Shown one piece after another: positions 57,301-64,000 of a stretch of 64,000 nucleotides of DNA. The notes below the pieces were generated by a model that was not told where the DNA came from, made no database searches, and saw only the letters and a program-made list of their open reading frames with translations. This DNA comes from Macrostomum hystrix (Eukaryota > Animalia > Platyhelminthes), in NCBI GenBank assembly GCA_950097015.1, contig CATNEN010000003.1, positions 7,626,001-7,690,000 of the forward strand, given 5' to 3'. Each line of letters starts with the position of its first letter. Position 1 is the stretch's first letter. The position numbers and the translations under genes are program-made.

Positions 57301-60300
57301 GCTTCAGGCTAAAGTGCATCGGACTGTCGACGCCACTGGTCAGAGAAAAACTGCCTACTTAGTAGCGCATTTTCAACGCGGCAGCATTGTCTGCACTGTG
57401 CCAAAATCTCATCTGCCGGGAAAATTAGCCGGCTACAGGTTAGCTGCTGTTTCTGCTTTGAGAATGCTCCTGTTAATTTTGTTCACCTGTCTTCTTCCCC
57501 TCTTGCACTTTTGACATTTGTCTACTTCCCCTTTTGCACTTTTGACATCTGTCTACTTCCTTCCTTGTACTCCTGGATTTTTCTTTCCAATTAGCCAGTT
57601 TTCTTCTTTCCTATTAGCCTGTCTTCTTACTGCCTATCCACCTGTCTTCTTCCTCCCTATTCACCTTTCTTATTCCTCCCTATTCACCTTTCTTATTCCT
57701 CCCTATTCACCTTTCTTATTCCTCCCTATTCACCTTTCTTATTCCTCCCTATTCACCTTTCTTATTCCTCCCTATTCACCTTTCTTATTCCTCCCTATTC
57801 ACCTGTCGTCTTCCTCCCTATTCACATGTCTTCTTCTTGCCTATTCACCTGTCTTCTTCTTGCCTATTCACCTGTCTTCTTCTTGCCTATTCACCTGTCT
57901 TCTTCCTCCCTATTCACCTGTCTTCTTCTTGCCTATTCACCTTTCTTATTCCTCCCTATTCACCTTTCTTCTTCCTCCCTATTCACCTGTCTTCTTCTTG
58001 CCTATTCTCCTTTCTTCTTCCTCCCTATTCACCTTTCTTATTCCTCCCTATTCACCTGTCGTCTTCCTCCCTATTCACCTGTCTTCTTCTTGCCTATTCA
58101 CCTGTCTTCTTCTTGCCTATTCACCTGTCTTCTTCTTGCCTATTCACCTGTCTTCTTCCTCCCTATTCACCTGTCTTCTTCTTGCATATTCTCCTTTCTT
58201 CTTCCTCCCTATTCACCTGTATTCTTCTTGCCTATTCACCTGTCTTCTTCCTCCCTATTCACCTGTCTTCTTCTTGCCTATTCTCCTTTCTTCTTCCTCC
58301 CTATTCACCTTTCTTCTTCCTCCCTATTCACCTTTCTTCTTCCTCCCTATTCACCTTTCTTCTTCCTCCCTATTCACCTTTCTTCTTCCTCCCTATTCAC
58401 CTGTCTTCTTCCTCCCTATTCACCTGTCTTCTTCCTCCCTATTCATCTGTCTTTTTCTTGCCTATTCACCTGTCTTCTTCTTGCCTATTCACATTTCTTC
58501 TTCCTCCCTATTCACCTGTCTTCTTCTTGCCTATTCACCTTTATTCTTCCTCCCTATTCACCTGTCTTCTTCCTCCCTATTCACCTGTCTTCTTGCCTAT
58601 TCTCCTTTCTTCTTCCTCCCTATTCACCTGTCTTCTTCCTCCCTATTCACTTGTCTTCTTCTTGCCTATTCTCCTTTCTTCTTCCTCCCTATTCACCTGT
58701 CTTCTTCTTTCTTTTTGCATCTGGCTTCCTCTTTCCGTTTCACCTGTCTTCCTCCATATTTGCCTGGCTTTTCCCTCGTTCGTCACCTGTCTCTGCCCTC
58801 TATGTTCACCTGTCTAAATAAATAGCAATGCAAGTTTCATTAGTAATTACCCCCCACCCCATTTTATCCTGTCTCCAGGCAAGGCGATCCAATCCTACTG
58901 ACGATAGTATCCGTCGATCAATCCACCAAGACTCTAGTTGCATCGTGCCTGCCGCACACGCTGCCACCAAGATCGCCTGACGCTGTCTCCTCCGACGACA
59001 AAGACTCGTCTTCAGCCGCTGCTGTCGAACAGCCGAAAAAGAAGAAACGAAAAAAGCAGAAGACAGAAGATTTGCCGCCATACGACGCCTCCTATTATAG
59101 CATCGGGCGCATTGTTGTTGGCCAAATTGTTGAAAATGCCGAAGTTCGCAAGCTGACTAAATCTGGCGGCGCGACACTCTGGCTTCCCGATGCTCAAATT
59201 GCCTGCCTAATAGGGCCCAAACAGATGCCTGCGATTGACGATGCGAACTCTTCTGGGGATGAAGAAGACAGTTCCACCCAGAAGAAGAAGAAGAAGAAGA
59301 CTGATAAGAAAAAGAAGAATTCAAACGAAAAGGAAGAATCTAGTTTGAGTGTTGGCGATAAAGTGCGCGTTCGCATTCTGGACATCAGCCCGATGGACAA
59401 TGTGGCCTATGGCAGTCTGAAACAGTCCGTTCTGGGACTGCCGTTTCTACGGTGAGTTGCGACTTGATGACCTAACTGTCTGCTTTCTTCCCCTCCTGTT
59501 CCCATTGCCATCCCTATCCCTCTCTCCTGTGTCCCTCTCCCCCCGATTGTCTCCCTCTCTACCCCTCTCTTCACCTGTCTCACCTCCCCCTCTGTCTCAC
59601 CTCCCCCTCTGTCTCACCTCCCCCTCTGTCTCACCTCCCCCTCTGTCTCACCTCCCCCTCTGTCTCACCTCCCCCTCTGTCTCATTTCCCCCCTCTGTGT
59701 CACCTCCCCCTCTGTCTCACCTCCCCCTCTGTCTCACCTCCCCCTCTGTCTCATTTCCCCTCTGTCTTACCTCCCCCTCCCCCCTCTCTGTCTGACCTCT
59801 CCCCTCTATAACCTCTCTTCCTTTCTCCGTCTCTCTCTCCCCCTCTGTCTGTCTCCCTCTTCCCCTCTGTATGTCTCCCTCTTCCCCTCTGTCTGTCTCC
59901 CTCTCCCCCTCTGTCTGTCTCCCTCTCCCCCTCTGTCTGTCTCCCTCTTCCCCTCTGTCTGTCTCTCTCTCCCCCTCTGTCTGTCTCCCTCTCCCCCTCT
60001 GTATGTCTCCCTCTCCCCCTCTGTCTGTCTCCCTCTCCCCCTCTATCTGTCTCCCTCCCCCTTCTGTCTGTCTCCCTCCCCCTCTATCTGTCTCCCTCCC
60101 CCTTCTGTCTGTCTCCCTCTCCCCCTCTGTCTGTCTCCCTCTCCCCCTCTGTCTGTCTCCCTCCCCCCTCTGTCTGTCTCCCTCTCCCTCTCTGTCTCCC
60201 TCTTCCCCTCTCTCCTCTCTCTCCAACTTTCTGTCTTCTCCCCTCTTTCTCCCTCTCCGTCTACCTCTACCCCTATCTCCTCTGTGTCCTTCTGTCCCTA

Positions 60301-63300
60301 TCTCTCCCTTGTCTCCCTCTTTCTTAGCTTAGTAGTTCAAAGTTCGTGCGTGTGACCACAAGATCGAGGCTTCGAATCCCAGACCTAGGAGAATAAATTA
60401 GCGTCCTTAAGCATGACAATAACACTGAATTCAGTTCACCCAGCTGTAAACACTTGTTCTAGCATTAGCTTAGGTAGATCTCTTAAGTGTTATCTCTTAT
60501 ATCTCTCTTTTCGCAGTACATATAGGCTAGTTGTTTTTAAACAAGATAATTTATTTTTAGAAACTTCCTTGAGTCCGCTAGTTGGCAGTTGTTGTCGTTT
60601 AATCAAGTGTTGACACAGATTAATTATTTTAAATCAAACTTATTTTCCAGTTACGAAGACGTTAAACTAGCCTCACCGGTCTCCGGCACACTGATTCGCT
60701 ATTGCAAAGAAGGTGCCGTAGTTAAGATTGCCCGAAATATTCGCGGCCTAATACCCTATTTGCACATGTCCGATTATCCCACCGGATCTAACACTACTCA
60801 ACTGGAGCCTGGTACACAATTGAATTGTCGAGTTTTAACTGTTAGTCCGGCTGATCGTAAACTCATTCTAACAGCCAAGCCTAGCCTAGTGCGCAGTCGA
60901 GAGGCGCCCATAACTAAAGTCGAGCAGCTTGTGCCAGGTGTGTTAGCCGATAGTTTCATAGCCAAATTGGATAGCAACGGTATTCTATTGGTCTTCTATG
61001 GCGGCGCCAAGGCTTGGGCACCGCGTACCCAGTTGGGATTGGCTGACAGCGATTCTATTGAACAGGTCTATTATCGAGGCCAAGTGTTGCGAGTTAGAAT
61101 TATACGACCGGCCTCTGGTGACCGCCTACCAGTAGCCTCGCTGCTCATGGATGGAAGGAAGTAAGGAAACTGAATTTTTTGTTAATTTCATTTCGAACGA
61201 AATCGATGGCAGGGGTGAGTGGCAGAGCTGTCTAACGCCCTTGAGAGCCAACCTCCAAGGCCATGAGAAAGTAAGGGGAGATGTACACACCTGTGTGATC
61301 GTGTACCTGCGTATGATATCTGTGTATGGTGTGTGCTCAGGAGTCAGTGAAATGGGCAGAATTGTCTCTTCGTTGGCTGCGGGTCTAGTGCCACCAAATG
61401 AAGTCTCATTGTCTGCGGTCCTCCAACAATTAATAATATTTTTTTATTCTAATTATCTTATAATCAGGTTATGCCAATTCTTTTTTCTCATTGTGACATA
61501 CCCAAACAATCCCTGAAAGTCCGTAAAGTCCCGAAATGACACATATGACTTTCAGAACCGCCGCTGAAACTCAAGCCGTCAAGACTAAACGCCGGCTAAC
61601 AGAGCAGTTGCGCTTGAAAGTTGGCAGTCTCTGCTCTTGTCGCATTATATCTAAACAGAATGGAAATTTCAAAGTTGCCCTAGCAGCTCTTGATAGCCCG
61701 GATGCAAATCTGAAAGATTCAGTCGCTAATCAACTAGAAGCTCTATTGCCTTTCGAACACCTGACAGATCAGGCTAATTATGTCAACGCTCTTGTTGAGA
61801 TTCGTCGTAATGGCGACGTTATCTCGCCGTGCGTCATCTGGAGTGTCGATGCTAGTATTGTAGTGTCCTCCAAGCCTAGCCTAGTCAGATTAGCTAAAGA
61901 ATCCGATCGCGCCAGTGTTGGTTTAAACTTTCCAGTCGATTTTGACTCCATTGAAGTTGGCGACCTATTGCTGGGCGCTATTGATCAGTTCAAACAGTAC
62001 GGCTGCTTTGTACAACTGCCTTCTGGCTATCGCGGCTTGGCGCCAATCAGAGCGTTGGCTAGCGAACATCCGCCATTTCCACTGAAGGATCTGTTTAGTA
62101 CCGGCCAGACTGTTGTTGCTAAGGTATGGGTGTGGGTCTGTGGGATCATAATGTTTTTCCCCTTGACAATTCTCCATTCCCCCCTTTGACGATTCTTCAT
62201 TCCCCCCTTTGATAATTCTCCACTCTCCCCCTTTGACAATTCTGCATTCTTACACTTTGCCAATTTTCCACTCTTCCTCCACTCTTCCCTGACAATTTTG
62301 CATTCTTCGACAATTCTCCACTCTCCCCATTTGAAAATTCTCCACTCTCCCCCTTTGACAATTCTCCACTCTCCCCCTCTGACAATTCTCCACTCTTCCC
62401 CTCTGACAATTCTCCACTCTTCCACTCTGACAATTCTCCACTCTCCCCATTTGACAATTCTCCACTCTCCCCATTTGACAATTCTCCACTCTCCCCATTT
62501 GACAATTCTCCACTCTCCCCATTTTACAATTCTCCACTCTCCCCATTTGACAATTCTCCACTCTCCCCATTTGACAATTCTCCACTCTCCCCATTTGACA
62601 ATTCTCCACTCTTCCAATTTGACAATTTTCCACTCCCCCTTTGACAATTCTCCATTCTTCCACGTCGACAGTTCTCCACTCTTCCACTTCGACAATTCTG
62701 CACTACGTCCCCTTCGACGATTCTTCACTCTTCTACTTTGACAATTCTCAACTCTCCCTGACAATTATCCACTCTCTCCCTTTGAAAATTCTCCACTCTT
62801 CCCCTTTGACAACTCTACAATCTTCCCTATGAGAATTCTCCACTCTTCGCCTTTGAGAGTTCTCTACTCTTCCCCTTTAAGAATTATTTTATATCATCCT
62901 TTCACATTGCTCCACTCTTCCCCTGGTGAATTAGCCTCTAACATGGTTTTTAGCTATTAAATAAGTTTTTAACGAACCTTGTCAGGTGTTGGAAAAGAAC
63001 GCCGAGAAGCGTCGCTGCCTGTTGTCCCTGCGAGTTCGCGACTGCGTTCGTCCTTCAAAAGATCTGGACGATTCCCTGCTTCTATTAGAAGACACTCTGC
63101 GACTGTTAGATTCTGGCGGATTGTGTCCTAACGACTTACTGCCTGGTCGTCTAGTTCGAGTTGTGGCCACTGCCGACGGTGGTGACAGCGGAGCTAGAAG
63201 TTTTCGTCTACTTGATGGCAAGACCAAGGTACTAGATGCACTCTTGCATTTCTTGTGCACTCTTATCGCAGTCCTGCACTCTTATAGAACTTTTAGCACT

Positions 63301-63981
63301 TTTCTTATAGCACTTTTTAGTACTCATGTACTTTTATAGTTCTCTTGCACTTTTTTACTACTGCTGCACTTTTTAGTACTCTTGCACTTTTTAGTACTCA
63401 TGCACTATTATAGTACTTCTGTAATTTTTAAGTATTCCTGCACTCTTGCTCTTTTAAGTACTAATGTACTTTTATAGTACTCTTGCACTTACTACTGCTG
63501 CACTTTTATAGTACTCTTGCACTTTTTAGTACTCGTGCACTATTATAGTGCTCCTGTACTTTTTAAGTATTCCTGCACTCTTGCACTATTATAATGCTCA
63601 TTCTCGTGTACTTTTGTAGTACTCGCAGTTCTTGTTTTCGCAAATTCATAGTTTTTATATATATCAACACCAATTGCTCAGGCGCAAAAGTACACGTGCA
63701 AGGCCGACGCCAATCATTTGTTGGGCGCTGATTGCGCAGCCGGCAGTCGTCACACAGCCCTGGTGCTGTCTGTCAACCCCGTTGAAAAAATAGTCAGCGT
63801 ATGCCTAAGACCCGATCTACTTAGCCAACTAGCTGCTGCCCAGTCTACCGCCCGTGTTGCCGACGTGTCTCCGGGTGAAGCCTACTCTGCCGAGGTGCTC
63901 TACGCTGGAGCCGATTATCGCATGCTGGCACTGAGACTGGGGCCAACCACACAACAGGTGGCCTTTCTGCCAGCTAGAAGA
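54337..63981 (+). CDS. RRP5: rRNA biogenesis protein RRP5 / PDCD11 (tandem S1 domains), partial, continues beyond the window
   Basis: Phase-consistent exons: 54337(start uncertain)-54495, 54583-54729, 55980-56092, 57049-57438, 58879-59451, 60651-61160, 61556-62123, 62986-63228, 63682-63981. Motifs: LVLGRIKEI..DLQVSL, MFSVGQYLPC, LSANPRDVN, SIEDHGYTIDLG..GFLP, GLIPYLHMSD, LILTAKPSLV, LVFYGG, YYRGQVL, YGCFVQLP..GLAP, FSTGQTVVAKV. Confidence 0.93.
54788..55835. repeat. 23-bp minisatellite (GTCTGTATGTACTGCTTTGGGGT), ~45 copies
   Basis: Fills an RRP5 intron. Confidence 0.96.
56225..56860. repeat. ~34-bp minisatellite (GATTGATCAGATCAGTTCAAAGGGTATGTTAATT)
   Basis: Fills an RRP5 intron. Confidence 0.92.
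57615..58715. repeat. 23-bp pyrimidine-rich minisatellite (CCTATTCACCTGTCTTCTTCCTC)
   Basis: Fills an RRP5 intron and explains the three 326-435 aa low-complexity ORFs. Confidence 0.95.
59480..60322. repeat. CT-rich low-complexity / 17-23-bp repeats (CTGTCTCACCTCCCCCT; CTGTCTGTCTCCCTCTCCCCCT)
   Basis: RRP5 intron. Confidence 0.9.
60325..60452 (+). mobile_element. SINE family B (CORE-like), degenerate fragment
   Basis: A-box-like TAGCTTAGTAG, B box TTCGAATCCC, then GTCCTTAAGCATGACA...TCAGTTCACCCAGCTGTAAA shared with the 27925-28095 copy. Confidence 0.6.
61212..61445 (+). mobile_element. SINE family A, internally deleted copy
   Basis: The head GGGGTGAGTGGCAGAG..TCTAACG is fused directly to CCCTTGAG. 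The body and tail match 1745-1975. Confidence 0.8.
62155..62925. repeat. 24-bp minisatellite (GACAATTCTCCACTCTCCCCATTT)
   Basis: RRP5 intron. Confidence 0.92.
63230..63630. repeat. Degenerate repeat (TAGTACTCTTGCACTTTT)
   Basis: RRP5 intron. Confidence 0.8.
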
Positions 63982-64000
63982 GTGAGTCTGCTTGCTTTTT

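Noticed and set aside
54754-58825. 300-435 aa Cys/Phe-rich ORFs in all three frames
   Set aside because: These 23-bp repeats cycle through frames without stops and sit inside RRP5 introns bounded by good GT-AG sites.

Overview
This is eukaryotic (invertebrate) genomic DNA with GT-AG introns. The very high density of intronic minisatellites resembles free-living flatworms such as Macrostomum; that is an inference, not an identification. From left to right the window holds: (1) the 3' part of an F-type lectin-like (FTP/F5-8C) gene with an in-frame stop and a frameshift; (2) a two-exon secreted single PAN/apple-domain gene; (3) a three-exon ~908-aa secreted protein with a VWA domain, a coiled coil and two tandem copies of an uncharacterised Cys-containing domain; (4) a large minus-strand RIM/unc-10 active-zone gene (Zn finger, PDZ, C2A, RQLPQ, C2B), for which I built a phase-consistent 18-19 exon, ~1450-aa model; (5) two Tc1/IS630-type transposase remnants; and (6) the 5' part of RRP5/PDCD11 on the plus strand, running off the window. 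About 35 distinct tandem-repeat arrays fill most long introns, and two tRNA-derived SINE families are present. The most notable signals are inverted complementary arrays flanking a single RIM exon (a circRNA-type layout), an inverted SINE pair inside a short RIM intron, repeat units that look like tandem splice sites, a GAATC core shared by many unrelated repeat units, and a RIM N-terminus that seems to lack the Rab3-binding elements. Almost all long ORFs in the supplied track outside these genes are repeat artefacts.
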